This document shows, piece after piece, positions 9,693-20,079 of a stretch of DNA of 64,000 bases (its first letter is position 1; each line of letters starts with the position of its first letter). A program made the position numbers and the translations under genes. Source of the DNA: an uncultured Holophagales bacterium (GTDB lineage: Bacteria; Acidobacteriota; Thermoanaerobaculia; Multivoradales; UBA5704); the NCBI GenBank assembly GCA_963842525.1, contig CAWJGT010000009.1, positions 416,001 to 480,000 on the forward strand. The letters are read 5' to 3'. Under the pieces are notes generated by a model, which was given only the letters and a program-made list of their open reading frames with translations, made no database searches and was not told the origin of the DNA.

Positions 9693-11021
9693 TCACCCCT
9701 CCTGGTGCCCTCGCAGGCGGTCGAGCCGGGAGACGAGGAAGCGGATCAGGTCGAGCGCGCGGCGCTCGTGAGCGGCAAGCCGGCGCAACTGGAGGAGGGA
9801 CACGTAGAGCTCCCGGTCGACGTGGAGGGCGCGGAAGGCCGCTGCCGTCTCCCCCAGGGTCTGCTCCAGCTCTTCCGATGCGCCCAGGCGGATTTGGATC
9901 CCTGCCAGGTCGAGGGAGATGACCGCCAACTCGTAGAAGAGCCCCCGTTCCTCAAAGCCTCCGCGGGCCTGGCGCAGCGCCACCTCGGCCGCCCGCAGGT
10001 GCCCCAGGTCGCGCAGGATCTGCCCCTCCTGCCAGCCGGCGCGCAACTGGATCAGGGGGTCCTCGACGCTGCAGTACAGGTCCCTCACCTCGGAATGGAT
10101 CTCCAGCGCCCGGTCGGGCTCGCCGAGGTCGATGTAGCAGCGGACCAGGTTGTGGCAGGCGGCGAGCAGCAGGTGCGGGTCCGCCGCCGGATCGATGAGC
10201 GGGAGCGCCCGGTTGAGCAGGCGCACCGCGAGGTCCGCCTCGCCGCCATAGAGCGAGGCGACCGCCCTTTGCACCATGGTGCTGGCGAGAGACGTCCTCT
10301 CGTCGAGCTCGCGATAGATCCGTCCCGCCTCCTCGGCCAGGTCCGTCGCCTCCTGGAAGCGCCGCTGGAAGATGTATAGCGAGGCCGTCTGCTCGCAGAG
10401 CAGGGCCCGCAGCCTGGGATCGCCCGTCCCCTGGCCGCGGAAGCGCTGCGCGGCCGCGAACGCCTCCTCGGCCTCGTACAGGTGCCCGCAGACCCGCAGG
10501 GCATTGGCGACCTGCCGCCATGCCTGGGCCAGCAGGTCGGCCAACCGGGGCGCGCTCCCCGCCGACTCGACGGAGCAGCCCTCCGCGGCCCGGCGCGCCA
10601 GCTCGGCCAGGTGCAGCATGCGGCCCGGATCGTCGTACCGCACAGCTTGGCTGTCCGCGAGCAGGCGGCGGACCAGCGGGGGTGAGGCGAAACGTGGATC
10701 AGCCGCGCGGTGGAGCTGCTCCTCGCGCGGCAGCGCGGCGAGCTCGGCCAGCAGCTCCTCGGGTTGTTGGACCGGAGAGCGCCCTTCCGCCAGAACCTCG
10801 GCCAACGCCCGCCCGGCGGCGGCGAAGGCCTGGCCATAGCCGCGCTCCGACGGCCGCTGGCTCCGGATCTCGATCACGAGCTGCTGGCAGACGGGGCAGC
10901 CGGCCAGCAGGTGGCGGATACAGCGCGCATCGCCGGCCGCGGCCCTTCCGGAGCCCTGGCGCAGAAAGCTCGAAATATCGACGACGGATGCGTGTGGAGT
11001 CGGCATGACGATCTCGGCCAT
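9693..11021 (-). CDS. TPR-like protein with Zn-finger-like motif (R2)
   Basis: [37 protein letters not shown]. Alternative start at 11006. Confidence 0.85.
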   Translation of the reverse strand: MAEIVMPTPHASVVDISSFLRQGSGRAAAGDARCIRHLLAGCPVCQQLVIEIRSQRPSERGYGQAFAAAGRALAEVLAEGRSPVQQPEELLAELAALPREEQLHRAADPRFASPPLVRRLLADSQAVRYDDPGRMLHLAELARRAAEGCSVESAGSAPRLADLLAQAWRQVANALRVCGHLYEAEEAFAAAQRFRGQGTGDPRLRALLCEQTASLYIFQRRFQEATDLAEEAGRIYRELDERTSLASTMVQRAVASLYGGEADLAVRLLNRALPLIDPAADPHLLLAACHNLVRCYIDLGEPDRALEIHSEVRDLYCSVEDPLIQLRAGWQEGQILRDLGHLRAAEVALRQARGGFEERGLFYELAVISLDLAGIQIRLGASEELEQTLGETAAAFRALHVDRELYVSLLQLRRLAAHERRALDLIRFLVSRLDRLRGHQEG

Positions 11022-11063
11022 GATGGCATGGGGGCGGCTCGCGCCGCCCCCGCGTCCCTCGGC

Positions 11064-11393
11064 TCAGTACTGGCACCAGGGCCGGGGATTGCCCTGCGGA
11101 TCGATACAGGAGCCGGTATTGGGCACGACGACGATGATGAGACCGCCGCCGGGAGGATCCGTGACCTTCTTGCCGGCCTGCGAGACGGTTCCGGTCAGAC
11201 GTCCCAGGGTGCGTTCGCCGCCAGGCAGCAGGCTCTGGAGCCAGCTCAGGGCCGCATCGAACCAGGACAGGTCGCCGGTGAGGGCGGTCTCTCCGGATGC
11301 GAAGGGGCGTGCGTGAGCGGCGGGGGCGAGCGCGACGAGGCTGAGGATGACGACGACGGCGGCAGACAGACGACAGCACAGAGAATGAGACAT
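11064..11393 (-). CDS. Secreted IDPxG precursor peptide P1 (109 aa)
   Basis: GGAGG RBS, signal peptide ending AHA, WFDAALSWL helix, C-terminus TGSCIDPQGNPRPWCQY. Confidence 0.85.
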   Translation of the reverse strand: MSHSLCCRLSAAVVVILSLVALAPAAHARPFASGETALTGDLSWFDAALSWLQSLLPGGERTLGRLTGTVSQAGKKVTDPPGGGLIIVVVPNTGSCIDPQGNPRPWCQY

Positions 11394-11477
11394 GTTTCCC
11401 TCCCTACATAAAATGCGGTGCGCGATCGCCGCGTCCCGCGAATAGACAGCCTTCAGTAGATTCGCTCTTGGCCTAGT

Positions 11478-11505
11478 AGTGCGGAGACGGGGGGAAACCG
11501 TGACA
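11478..11505 (-). promoter_or_regulatory. Shared bipartite promoter-like motif
   Basis: TGTCAC-N17-GCACT upstream of P1. Confidence 0.7.
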
Positions 11506-11521
11506 CCTCTGTAGCACAACC

Positions 11522-11782
11522 TCAGGAGCCGCACTGGATGGGCTTGCCCTGGGGATCGATGCAGGAACCGGTCGCGTTCCTGACCTCGATCCGCTGTGAC
11601 GGTCCGGCCGGGGAGCTCTTCGGCGCCAGGAGGCCGGCGAGCCAGGACAGCGCCGTATCGATCCAGGTCGCCTCGGACTCCTGGAAACGCTGGGCCCCAG
11701 GTCTGCTCGCCTCTGCCATCGGAGCGGCGAGAGCGGTGAGGAGGACGGCGACGACGAGAGCGCGAGAGATGGAACGGAGCAT
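11522..11782 (-). CDS. Secreted IDPxG precursor peptide P2 (86 aa)
   Basis: AAGGAGG RBS, signal ending AEA, WIDTALSWL helix, C-terminus TGSCIDPQGKPIQCGS. Confidence 0.85.
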   Translation of the reverse strand: MLRSISRALVVAVLLTALAAPMAEASRPGAQRFQESEATWIDTALSWLAGLLAPKSSPAGPSQRIEVRNATGSCIDPQGKPIQCGS

Positions 11783-11873
11783 GTCAAATCCCTCCTTGAG
11801 GATCGAAACCGCAAGAGGCTTGCGGTACGAGATCGCTTCGCCAAGTCCACTAGAGGTGTGGCTCTTCGCCCTC

Positions 11874-11901
11874 AGTGCCTCACTTTCGAAAAACCGTGAC
11901 A
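11874..11901 (-). promoter_or_regulatory. Shared bipartite promoter-like motif
   Basis: TGTCAC-N17-GCACT upstream of P2. Confidence 0.7.
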
Positions 11902-12003
11902 TCCATACAAGGAAAAGAAAAGATGAGAATAGATAAATTGTCATATTTCGGGAGAGAGGCCGAGCCATGGCTTTGAACCATGGCTCGGCAGTTGGTGAAG
12001 CCG

Positions 12004-13311
12004 CTACATGCTGAGGGCGTTGCGGTTGGCCAAAGCCATGAGCTGGCTGTTGAGCGCGTGGATCCTCTCGAGAGCCTGCTGCTCATGGCCGGCCGCCTGC
12101 TGGAGCTGGAGGAGCGAGCCGAGGACCTCGCGCTCGACGCGCAGGGCGCTGAAGATCGGCACCGCTTCGGTCACGGTCCGCTTGAGGTCCTCGAAGCGGC
12201 CCATCCTGACGTAGACCGCAGCCAGGTCGAGGGAGACGAGAGCCACCTCCAGGGCAAGATCCTTTTCGAGGAAGCCCTGACGGGCCGCGAGCAGGGCCGA
12301 CTCGGCGGCCCGTAAATGCCCGAGGTCGCGCAGGATCTGGCCCTCCTGCCAGCCGGTCCGCAGGAGGATCATCGCCGCCTCGAACTGCTTGTACAGATCG
12401 CGCGTCTCGAAGTAGAGCGACTTGGCCTGTTCAGGCTGGCCCAGATCGATGTAGCACCGGATCAGGTTGTGGCAGGCAGCCAGCAAGAGCTGGGGGTTCT
12501 CCTCGGGATCGATCAGAGGGATCGCACGGTTGAGGAGGTGGACGGCTTTATCAATTCGACCGGCGTTGAGCAACGCGATCGCCTGTTGCACCATCGTACT
12601 GCCCAGGCGATGGCTCTCGCCGAGCTCGCGATAGATCAGCCCTGCTTCCTTGGCGATCTCGTCGGCCTTCTGGAATTGGCCCTGGAATGTGCGAAGAGAG
12701 GCAAGATGCTCCAAAAGTCGGGCGCGCAGCGTCGGATCCCCTGTCCCTGCCTTGAGGAAACCCTGCGCCGTTTCGAGAGCCTCCTCAGCCGTTCGCAACT
12801 CAGAACAGACCCGAAGGGCGTTCCCGTACTGTAACCAGCCACGCGCCCGCAGGTCGGCAACCAGCGCTGTGCTACCCGCCTTCTCCGCGGTGCAGGACTC
12901 GGCAGCGAGTCGCGCCAAGCCAGCGAGATACAGCATCCGCTGAGGATCCTCATAACGCTGCAAATGGCTGCGCTTGATGAGCTCGCGCACCACTTCGGGG
13001 TGGGCGAAGCGGCGGTCGCTGGTCACCAGTCGACGCTGTTCCTCTTCGGGACAAGAGGTCAGCTCGGCGACCAGGCTATCCACGGCGTGTTCCAGCGGAA
13101 GCTCGTGTGCGAGAACAGCATCGAGCCGTCTTTCGAGCGCGGCGAACGTCTGCGAGTAGTCGTAAGCCCGAGTCGCCAGTGTTTCCCTGCAGGTAGGACA
13201 GTCTGCGAGCAGATGGCGTATCACTCGTTCGAGCCTCAGCGCATCTCCGGCTTGAGGAACGCCTCGCAAGGATGTTTCAAAATCTACAGCGCTGGGATGT
13301 TCCTCTCTCAT
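12004..13311 (-). CDS. TPR-like protein with Zn-finger-like motif (R3)
   Basis: MREEHP...[37 protein letters not shown]. Confidence 0.85.
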   Translation of the reverse strand: MREEHPSAVDFETSLRGVPQAGDALRLERVIRHLLADCPTCRETLATRAYDYSQTFAALERRLDAVLAHELPLEHAVDSLVAELTSCPEEEQRRLVTSDRRFAHPEVVRELIKRSHLQRYEDPQRMLYLAGLARLAAESCTAEKAGSTALVADLRARGWLQYGNALRVCSELRTAEEALETAQGFLKAGTGDPTLRARLLEHLASLRTFQGQFQKADEIAKEAGLIYRELGESHRLGSTMVQQAIALLNAGRIDKAVHLLNRAIPLIDPEENPQLLLAACHNLIRCYIDLGQPEQAKSLYFETRDLYKQFEAAMILLRTGWQEGQILRDLGHLRAAESALLAARQGFLEKDLALEVALVSLDLAAVYVRMGRFEDLKRTVTEAVPIFSALRVEREVLGSLLQLQQAAGHEQQALERIHALNSQLMALANRNALSM

Positions 13312-13386
13312 GATGCACCTCTTGAGCCATGCGGCCGGCGGCAACGCCGCCGGCCGGTGAGGCGACTTGGCTGAGCCGCCTCTGGA

Positions 13387-13662
13387 CTACGAACAGGGTC
13401 TTGGCTGACCCCAGGGGTCTATGCACGAACCGTAATATCCCTTCTTCTGCTTCACTGTGGCCGCCGATCCCGGCCCTTTCGTCGTGGGCCCCAAGTTCGC
13501 CCTGATCAACCAGCCGGCGACCGCCTGCAACAAGCTCGGTCCTGCTTTTGCCGCCGCGGCTTTGCCCTTGCTGGGCCCAGCCTGCACGCTCGGGACGGCG
13601 AAAACAGTGAAGCTGAAAACGACAGACGCTACAACCACAACCCGGAACATGGAACGCAACAT
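13387..13662 (-). CDS. Secreted IDPxG precursor peptide P3 (91 aa)
   Basis: [15 protein letters not shown]...VQA signal, LLQAVAGWL helix, C-terminus YGSCIDPWGQPRPCS. Confidence 0.85.
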   Translation of the reverse strand: MLRSMFRVVVVASVVFSFTVFAVPSVQAGPSKGKAAAAKAGPSLLQAVAGWLIRANLGPTTKGPGSAATVKQKKGYYGSCIDPWGQPRPCS

Positions 13663-13765
13663 AAAAGAACCCTCCAACGGAAAAGCGGGAAGACACCACC
13701 ACGTCGGCTGTGCTGCCCGCGAAGTACCACCAGGAACTCCAAAGAAATCAGCGCTATACGACCAG

Positions 13766-13793
13766 AGTGTAGCCCCACGAGGAAAGCGGGACA
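13766..13793 (-). promoter_or_regulatory. Shared bipartite promoter-like motif
   Basis: TGTCCC-N17-ACACT, overlapped by a perfect inverted repeat agcgggacatcc-gg-ggatgtcccgct (13785-13810). Confidence 0.7.
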
Positions 13794-13840
13794 TCCGGGG
13801 ATGTCCCGCTGGAGACGGACGGCAGACGCCTTACTTCCGC

Positions 13841-15223
13841 CTACTTGTTGAGCGCCTGGCGGTTGCCGAGGGCCGCGAGGCGACTATTGAGCGCCTGAAT
13901 CCTCTCGAGAGTCTGCTGCTCATGGCCGGCTGTCTGCTGGAGTTGGAGGAGCGAGGCGAGAATTTCACGTTCGACGCGCAACGCTCGGAAGATCGGTACC
14001 GCCTCGGTGATCGTCCGCTGGAAGTCCTCCACCCGGCCCAGCCTCACATAGACCGCCGCCAGATCCAGGGAGACGCGCGCCACCTCGTAGGCAAGATCCC
14101 GGTCCAGGAAGCCCTGGCGCGCAGCACGCAGAGCCGACTCGGCCGCTCTCAGGTGTCCTAGATCCTGGAGCAGTAGCCCCTCCTGCCAGCCGGTTCGCAG
14201 AAGGATCGTCGTATCTTCATCGAAATCCTTGTAAAGGCTCCGGACCTCGAAATAGAGCGACAGGGCCTGCCCGGGCCGGTTCAGGTCGATATAACCCTGG
14301 ACCAGGTTGTGACAGGCGGCAAGCAGGAGGTGTGGGTTCTCCTCGGGTTGGATGCGTGGGATCGCCCAGTTGAGGATGTGGATTCCCCGCTTCGTATCCC
14401 CGGCGTAAAGGGCGGCAATGGCTTTGTGCAAAAGAGAGATCGCAAAGCTATGGCTATCGCCAAGCTCCCGGTAGATCCTCCCAGCCTCGTCGGCGAGGGT
14501 CATCGCTTCCACGAATTTGCGCTGGAATATACATAGAGAGGCCCTCTGTTCCAGGAGCCGTGCCCGCAGGGGTGGATCTCCTGTACCCGCCGCGCAGTAT
14601 CTCCGTGCTACGCAGAGCGCTTCCTCTGCTTCCTGCAATTGGCCGCTGACACGGAGCGAGTTCCCGAAATGGCCCCAGGCCTTGGTCCGCAAGTCAGCCA
14701 GTTTTGGCTCGCTCCCGGCAGTCTCAGGCTGGCAGGCATCTGCAGCAAGTTGCGCCAATCGTGCCAGGTGGAGCATCCTCTGCGGATTTTCATAGCGCAC
14801 GGCGTGGCTATGGTCCACGAGTTGCCGAACCACCTGGGGATGAGCGAACCGAAGATCGTTCGCAGCGAGCTCGCCCTGCTCTTCCTCGGGTCTCGGGAGG
14901 AGTGCGTTGAGCAATGCCTCCAGTGGTTCGGCCAGAGGCATCTCTGCGGCGAAGAATGCAGCGAGGCGATATTCTGCCCCGGCAAACGCGAAGCTATAAT
15001 CATGACCTACTTCATGAAAGAAGCGGTCATTGGCGACCGGTAACAGGAGCCTTTCCAGGCGGCCCTCATCCCATTTGAGCACGAGCAAATGCTTCCAGCA
15101 AAAGGCGCAACTGGCCAGCAAATGACGAACTAGCTCCGTAACGTGCGGAGCACCGCCGGACCGTGAGCCGTGCAGCAGAAAGTCGGTGAGCACCTCTTCC
15201 CGTGGATGATCCTGTTGCTCCAT
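13841..15223 (-). CDS. TPR-like protein with Zn-finger-like motif (R4)
   Basis: MEQQDHP...[45 protein letters not shown]. Confidence 0.85.
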   Translation of the reverse strand: MEQQDHPREEVLTDFLLHGSRSGGAPHVTELVRHLLASCAFCWKHLLVLKWDEGRLERLLLPVANDRFFHEVGHDYSFAFAGAEYRLAAFFAAEMPLAEPLEALLNALLPRPEEEQGELAANDLRFAHPQVVRQLVDHSHAVRYENPQRMLHLARLAQLAADACQPETAGSEPKLADLRTKAWGHFGNSLRVSGQLQEAEEALCVARRYCAAGTGDPPLRARLLEQRASLCIFQRKFVEAMTLADEAGRIYRELGDSHSFAISLLHKAIAALYAGDTKRGIHILNWAIPRIQPEENPHLLLAACHNLVQGYIDLNRPGQALSLYFEVRSLYKDFDEDTTILLRTGWQEGLLLQDLGHLRAAESALRAARQGFLDRDLAYEVARVSLDLAAVYVRLGRVEDFQRTITEAVPIFRALRVEREILASLLQLQQTAGHEQQTLERIQALNSRLAALGNRQALNK

Positions 15224-15290
15224 GGCAGCACCTCCCAAATTCAACGGCAGGGGAGGCGGCTGAGGTCTTGCAGCCGCCTCCCAGAGTTTT

Positions 15291-15563
15291 CTACATACAG
15301 GGCTTTGGACGTCCGAGCGGATCGATGCACGGCCCAGTCGACTTGCCCTTGGCCGTGGTCGACCTCGGTCCCTTGGGCTTCGGCTTCTGTACAGTGACGA
15401 GATTCCCGAGCCAGGAGAGGGCCGCCTGCAGGAGGCCCGGATCGGCCTTGGCAGCAGAGACGTTGGCCTTGCTGGGCTGCGCCTGCGCAGTGGGAACGGT
15501 GAAAACGGTGAGACTGAGAACGACGGACGCTACAACCACAACCCGAAACATGAAACGCAACAT
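15291..15563 (-). CDS. Secreted IDPxG precursor peptide P4 (90 aa)
   Basis: Signal ending [12 protein letters not shown] helix, C-terminus [16 protein letters not shown]. Confidence 0.85.
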   Translation of the reverse strand: MLRFMFRVVVVASVVLSLTVFTVPTAQAQPSKANVSAAKADPGLLQAALSWLGNLVTVQKPKPKGPRSTTAKGKSTGPCIDPLGRPKPCM

Positions 15564-15665
15564 ATGACATCCCTCCTTCAGAAAAAGCGGGCAGCCATGG
15601 CCAAGGCGGCCACGCCGCCCGCGGAATCACCAAAGCTCCAAAGAATGATCTGCTTCTGTATACAG

Positions 15666-15693
15666 AGTGTGACAGCCCGGAAAAAGCGGGACA
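15666..15693 (-). promoter_or_regulatory. Shared bipartite promoter-like motif
   Basis: TGTCCC-N17-ACACT upstream of P4. Confidence 0.7.
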
Positions 15694-15821
15694 CTCGTGA
15701 TACCCGCAGAGAGGATTTACTTGTGGCGTATCCTATAGCGAAGCGGGGGATCGGCTCTCCTTCTGGAGTCGATCCCCCCGAGGGGCGCCCGGCGCAGTGT
15801 GTGCACCGCCTCAGGACGGCT

Positions 15822-16085
15822 TCAGGGACAGGGAATCGGTCTTCCCATTGGATCGATACACGGGCCGGTTGACCTGCTCTTGGGAATGGTCACCTTTGCC
15901 CCTTTCTGGCCCTGTCCGCTGGTCAAGTTGATCCAGCCGATAAGCTTTTGCAGTAAGCCAGGATCGGCCTTGGCCGTTGAGCTTGTGATTTTGCTGGGGC
16001 CTGCCTGCACAGTCGGGATGGCAAAAACGGTGAGACCGAGAACGACAGACAATACAACTGCAACCCGGAACATGAAACGAAACAT
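15822..16085 (-). CDS. Secreted IDPxG precursor peptide P5 (87 aa)
   Basis: Signal ending VQA, LLQKLIGWI helix, C-terminus [16 protein letters not shown]. Confidence 0.85.
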   Translation of the reverse strand: MFRFMFRVAVVLSVVLGLTVFAIPTVQAGPSKITSSTAKADPGLLQKLIGWINLTSGQGQKGAKVTIPKSRSTGPCIDPMGRPIPCP

Positions 16086-16186
16086 ATCAATCCCTCCTTA
16101 CTGAAAGCGAACAGCACAGTGTCGCGCCGCCCGCGAACAACCACCATAAGAAAAAGCTACAGAAAATAAATGCTGCTTATCATAGA

Positions 16187-16214
16187 AGTGCCACCCACAA
16201 GGTAAAGTGGGACA
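16187..16214 (-). promoter_or_regulatory. Shared bipartite promoter-like motif
   Basis: TGTCCC-N17-GCACT upstream of P5. Confidence 0.7.
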
Positions 16215-16533
16215 CTTCGCCGCACACGCTAAATATTGATGTTTGCGGCTAAATACAAAGATTTCAAGTAGAATATATTGAAGACTGCTGCCTGGTGGGC
16301 TCGAAAGCCTCTTTCGATTTATAGGCTGTTTGAAGGTCTGGGAAGTTTCTGTCCGGAGTGGAAAAGCGAAAAATAGGAACAAGCTCAGAAATTAGGAGGC
16401 CGCAGATTGGGCGGCAAATGAATCTGAGGCCGCCCCTTCCTGTAGAAATAGGGAACTCGATGAGTCCCGTATCGGGCTCGAGTACGGGCGATGCTGCGAG
16501 GCCGGCAGCCTTGCACCGCTCTGGAAGGACGTT

Positions 16534-17916
16534 CTATTTGTCGAGCGCGCCAGGGTCGGACAGAGCAGCAAGCTGGGTGTTGAGTGCGCTGATCAGCTCG
16601 AGCGCCTTCTGCTCCTGGTTGGCGGCCTGCTGGAGCTGGAGAAGCGAGGCGAGCGTTGCGTGTGGCACACGTAGGGCCCGGAAGATTGGCATCACTTCCG
16701 TGATTGTCCGCTGTAGTTCCTCCACCCGGCCCAAACGCACATAGACGGAGGCCAGGTCGAGAGAGACACGAGCCACCTCATAGGCGAGGCCTCGTTCCAT
16801 GAAGCCTCGGCGTGCCGCCCGCAGCGCCGATTCGGCGGCGCGCAAGTGTCCGAGATCCCGGAGCAGAGTGCCCTCCTGCCAGCCGGTACGCAGCAGGATA
16901 GTCGTGTCCTCCTCAAAGTCCCCGTAGAGGCTGCGGACCTCGAAATAGAGCGACAGCGCCAATTCGGGCTGTTCCAGATCGATGTAGCCCTGGACCAGGT
17001 TGTGACAGGCGGCGAGCAGGAGGTGCGGGTTTTCCTCAGGCTCGATCAATGGGATGGCCTGATTGAGGAGGAGGATTGCTCGCTTCGCATCACCGGCATA
17101 CTGAGCGGCCAGCGCCATCTGAACCATGGTGCTGCCCAGGCTGTGGTTATCACCAAGCTCTCGATAGATATCTCCCGCCTCCTTCGCCTGCGCGGTAGCC
17201 TCCTGAAAACGGCCTTGGAAGATACACAAGGAGGCAGTCTGTTCCAGGACTCGTGCGCGCACCACTGGATCCCTGGTGCCCGCAGCCAAGTACCGCTGTG
17301 CAGCCCGTAGCGCGTCCTCAGCCGGCGCCAATTGTCCAACGATTCTGAGCGAGTTGCCCAAGTACCCCCAAGCTCGGGCCTGAAGGTCGGCCAGCCGGAG
17401 CTCGCTTCCGGCTGTTTCCACATGACAGCGCTGCGCTGCCAACTGCGCCAGTCGAGCCAGATGGAGCATTTTCTTCGGATCTTCGTAGCGAACGGCGTGG
17501 GTCCGATTGGTGAGCTGCCGCACCACTTCGGGATGAGCGAACCGGGGATCGTCTGCAACAAGTTGGAGCTGCCCCTCTTCGGATGCTGCGAGCAGCTCAG
17601 CGATGAGTTCCTCCTGCGCTTGGCTCGGAGGTTGCTCCTCGGCGAAAAAGGCGCCTAAGCGGCGTTCCGCTCCGGCGAACGCAGCGCTGTAAGCCTGGTC
17701 TGCCGCTTGCGGGATGTATTCCGCGGCTGCAGAGAGTTGCAGGAGACGCTCCAGGCGCCGCCCACTCCACCCAAGGCAAAGGAGTTGTTCCCTGCAGGAG
17801 GCGCAGTCTGCCAGAAGATGCCGGATCAGGCGTGCTCTACGAGGGGAGGCCATGGTTTGAGTTCTCAGCAAAAAAGCCTTGAGCTCCGCTCTCGTCGGAT
17901 GATCTTGCTGCTTCAT
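16534..17916 (-). CDS. TPR-like protein with Zn-finger-like motif (R5)
   Basis: MKQQDHP...[45 protein letters not shown]. Confidence 0.85.
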   Translation of the reverse strand: MKQQDHPTRAELKAFLLRTQTMASPRRARLIRHLLADCASCREQLLCLGWSGRRLERLLQLSAAAEYIPQAADQAYSAAFAGAERRLGAFFAEEQPPSQAQEELIAELLAASEEGQLQLVADDPRFAHPEVVRQLTNRTHAVRYEDPKKMLHLARLAQLAAQRCHVETAGSELRLADLQARAWGYLGNSLRIVGQLAPAEDALRAAQRYLAAGTRDPVVRARVLEQTASLCIFQGRFQEATAQAKEAGDIYRELGDNHSLGSTMVQMALAAQYAGDAKRAILLLNQAIPLIEPEENPHLLLAACHNLVQGYIDLEQPELALSLYFEVRSLYGDFEEDTTILLRTGWQEGTLLRDLGHLRAAESALRAARRGFMERGLAYEVARVSLDLASVYVRLGRVEELQRTITEVMPIFRALRVPHATLASLLQLQQAANQEQKALELISALNTQLAALSDPGALDK

Positions 17917-18005
17917 GGACGCCCTCCCAAGCTCTACGAAGCGGGGGGTCGACCGCGGTCGATCCCCCGGAGAGAGGTGGTGCGGTGTATGCCGCCCCGG
18001 GGTCT

Positions 18006-18272
18006 TTACGAATACCAACAGGGCCGCTCGCGGCCCATCGGATCGATGCACGGTCCGGTCGAGCTACTCTTGGCCGTCTGCTTCTGTCGTTTCGGCTTGT
18101 TCCCACCGGCCAGGCCCTTCATCCACGCCACGGCAGCCTGCAGCAAGCCGACATCGCTGCTGACCACGGGCTTGGCGCTGTTGGGACGGGCTTGAGCGCT
18201 GGGAACGGCGGCGATAGTAAAACCAAAGACCACGACAGCCACAACTACAACCCGAAACATGGAACGCAACAT
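18006..18272 (-). CDS. Secreted IDPxG precursor peptide P6 (88 aa)
   Basis: Signal ending [12 protein letters not shown] helix, C-terminus [18 protein letters not shown]. Confidence 0.85.
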   Translation of the reverse strand: MLRSMFRVVVVAVVVFGFTIAAVPSAQARPNSAKPVVSSDVGLLQAAVAWMKGLAGGNKPKRQKQTAKSSSTGPCIDPMGRERPCWYS

Positions 18273-18375
18273 AATTCATCCCCCTACGAAAAGCGGGCTG
18301 ACCCGACCACGGCGGCCGGACTGCCCGCGGATTACCGCCATCAAGAACTGCAAATGAGCGCTGCTTACCAGAGAA

Positions 18376-18403
18376 GGTGTGACACCCGGCGAAAAGCGGG
18401 ACA
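18376..18403 (-). promoter_or_regulatory. Shared bipartite promoter-like motif
   Basis: TGTCCC-N17-ACACC upstream of P6. Confidence 0.7.
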
Positions 18404-18725
18404 CTTGAGCGACACGCCAGTGTTGCCGGGAAGAAAACGCTTTACTTTTACCTTCGCTGACCCCCTGCCGGTTCAATCCCGTCCTCGGCAGAGGACAATT
18501 CGAGACCGACCCAAAGGGGTGTGCCCTGCCTGCCGCGCGTTGCGATTTGCTCCAACCAGCTTGAATCAAAGGGCTTAGCGAGATGCATACCCGTCTATGC
18601 CGGAGGTGGCACACGTCTTGAGATAGGTGGTCGTGCGGCGACCCTGGATACGACCGGAGGCGCCGGATGAGTCGTCGAGCTCCGGGAACTCACCACCAAA
18701 GGGACGGCTCGAAAGGAGACGAGAG

Positions 18726-19109
18726 ATGTTCGGGATCAACAGACAACGAGTTTTCGTCGCCCTCACGCTGATGGTGTTCCTGTTCCTGGGCGCGATGTCC
18801 GCGCAGGCAGGTACCGACACCAAGGGCGCGGACCGCACCGTCAAGGGTGCTGTCGCGGGCGCCGCGGTCGGCACCATCACCCAGATGATCCGGGGCAGGG
18901 ACCAGGGCAAGGAGCTTCTGAAGGGCGCCGCGGTCGGCGCCGCCGCGGGTGCCGCGGTCGGTGCCTACAGTGACTACCGCCAGGAGCGGCGCGCCCGAGA
19001 GGATGACCGCCGGTACTACGACAACGGCCGGTATTACGACCGGTCCTACAGGGAGCCCCGTCCGGCCTCCCGCTACGACCGGGGCCGCCAGCACCGCCGT
19101 CACCGGTAG
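18726..19109 (+). CDS. Secreted glycine-zipper protein
   Basis: Signal peptide, GAVAGAAVG...GAAVGAAAGAAVG. AAGGAG RBS. Confidence 0.75.
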   Translation: MFGINRQRVFVALTLMVFLFLGAMSAQAGTDTKGADRTVKGAVAGAAVGTITQMIRGRDQGKELLKGAAVGAAAGAAVGAYSDYRQERRAREDDRRYYDNGRYYDRSYREPRPASRYDRGRQHRRHR

Positions 19110-19225
19110 GGTCTGGCACGGGCGCCTGGCACGGCGCTTGAAACAAACCAACGATGGATCGGGCCGCCAGGGTGCGTGGGCGAGAGAAAGGGCGGCCCGC
19201 GCCGTTTCCAAAAGGAGTCATCGCG

Positions 19226-19900
19226 ATGAGGACACAACGTATCTACACCATGGGAATTGCCGCGCTCCTCTCGCTCTCCCTGTTGGCGGGCTGCGCCACG
19301 ACCCGCGACCCGTACGTCACCAAGCGGGACCGCACGTGGAAGGGTGGAGCGATCGGCGCCGCGGCGGGTGCCGCCGGAGCCGTTCTGGCGGGGAAGCGCG
19401 AGGCCGACGAGATCCTGGCCGGCGCCGGCATCGGCGCCGTGGTCGGCGCGAGCATCGGAGCCTACATGGACGCCCAGCAGGAGAAGCTGGCGCGCATCCC
19501 TGGCACCACGGTCGAGCGGGTGGAAGAGGACACCCTCCTCCTCCACTTCGACAACGACGTCCTCTTCTCCGTGGACTCTGCCGTGGTCGACTCGGACGGT
19601 CGAACGACGCTGGGGCAGGTCGCTCAGGTGCTGGAGGACTACCCGAAGACCGCCGTCGTGGTCCAGGGCCACACCGACTCGACCGGCAGCGATCAGCACA
19701 ACGAAGAGCTGTCGGAGCGGCGGGCCGAGTCCGTACGCAATTACCTGGCCCGCGAGGGGGTCGATGGCGGCCGGATGACCTCGATCGGCTATGGCGAGGG
19801 ATATCCGGTGGCGAGCAACGACAGCGAGTCAGGCCGGCAGCAGAACCGCCGGGTGGATATCCTCCTCAAGGCCAAGGCCGGCCCGGTGCGCGGGCGGTAG
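19226..19900 (+). CDS. OmpA-family lipoprotein with glycine zipper (YiaD-like)
   Basis: Lipobox LAGC, GHTDSTGS...N..LSERRA.SV, NRRV motif. Confidence 0.9.
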   Translation: MRTQRIYTMGIAALLSLSLLAGCATTRDPYVTKRDRTWKGGAIGAAAGAAGAVLAGKREADEILAGAGIGAVVGASIGAYMDAQQEKLARIPGTTVERVEEDTLLLHFDNDVLFSVDSAVVDSDGRTTLGQVAQVLEDYPKTAVVVQGHTDSTGSDQHNEELSERRAESVRNYLAREGVDGGRMTSIGYGEGYPVASNDSESGRQQNRRVDILLKAKAGPVRGR

Positions 19901-19930
19901 GCACCTCTGTTCAACGGAGACGTCCCCATC

Positions 19931-19958
19931 GCGGCGGGCCGAAGCGCCCGCCGCTTTT
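19931..19958 (+). terminator. Rho-independent terminator
   Basis: gcggcgggc-cgaagc-gcccgccgc followed by tttt after the OmpA gene. Confidence 0.65.
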
Positions 19959-20079
19959 CAATTCCGCCGTACCCTGGCGCAAAGCATTGCAGAAGAAGCG
20001 GGTTGGGAGAGTAGGATGAGGCCCGTCCGGCGATAGCGCAAGGACAGGTCGAAGAACCTACAAGCGAGGCGACCCGGAG

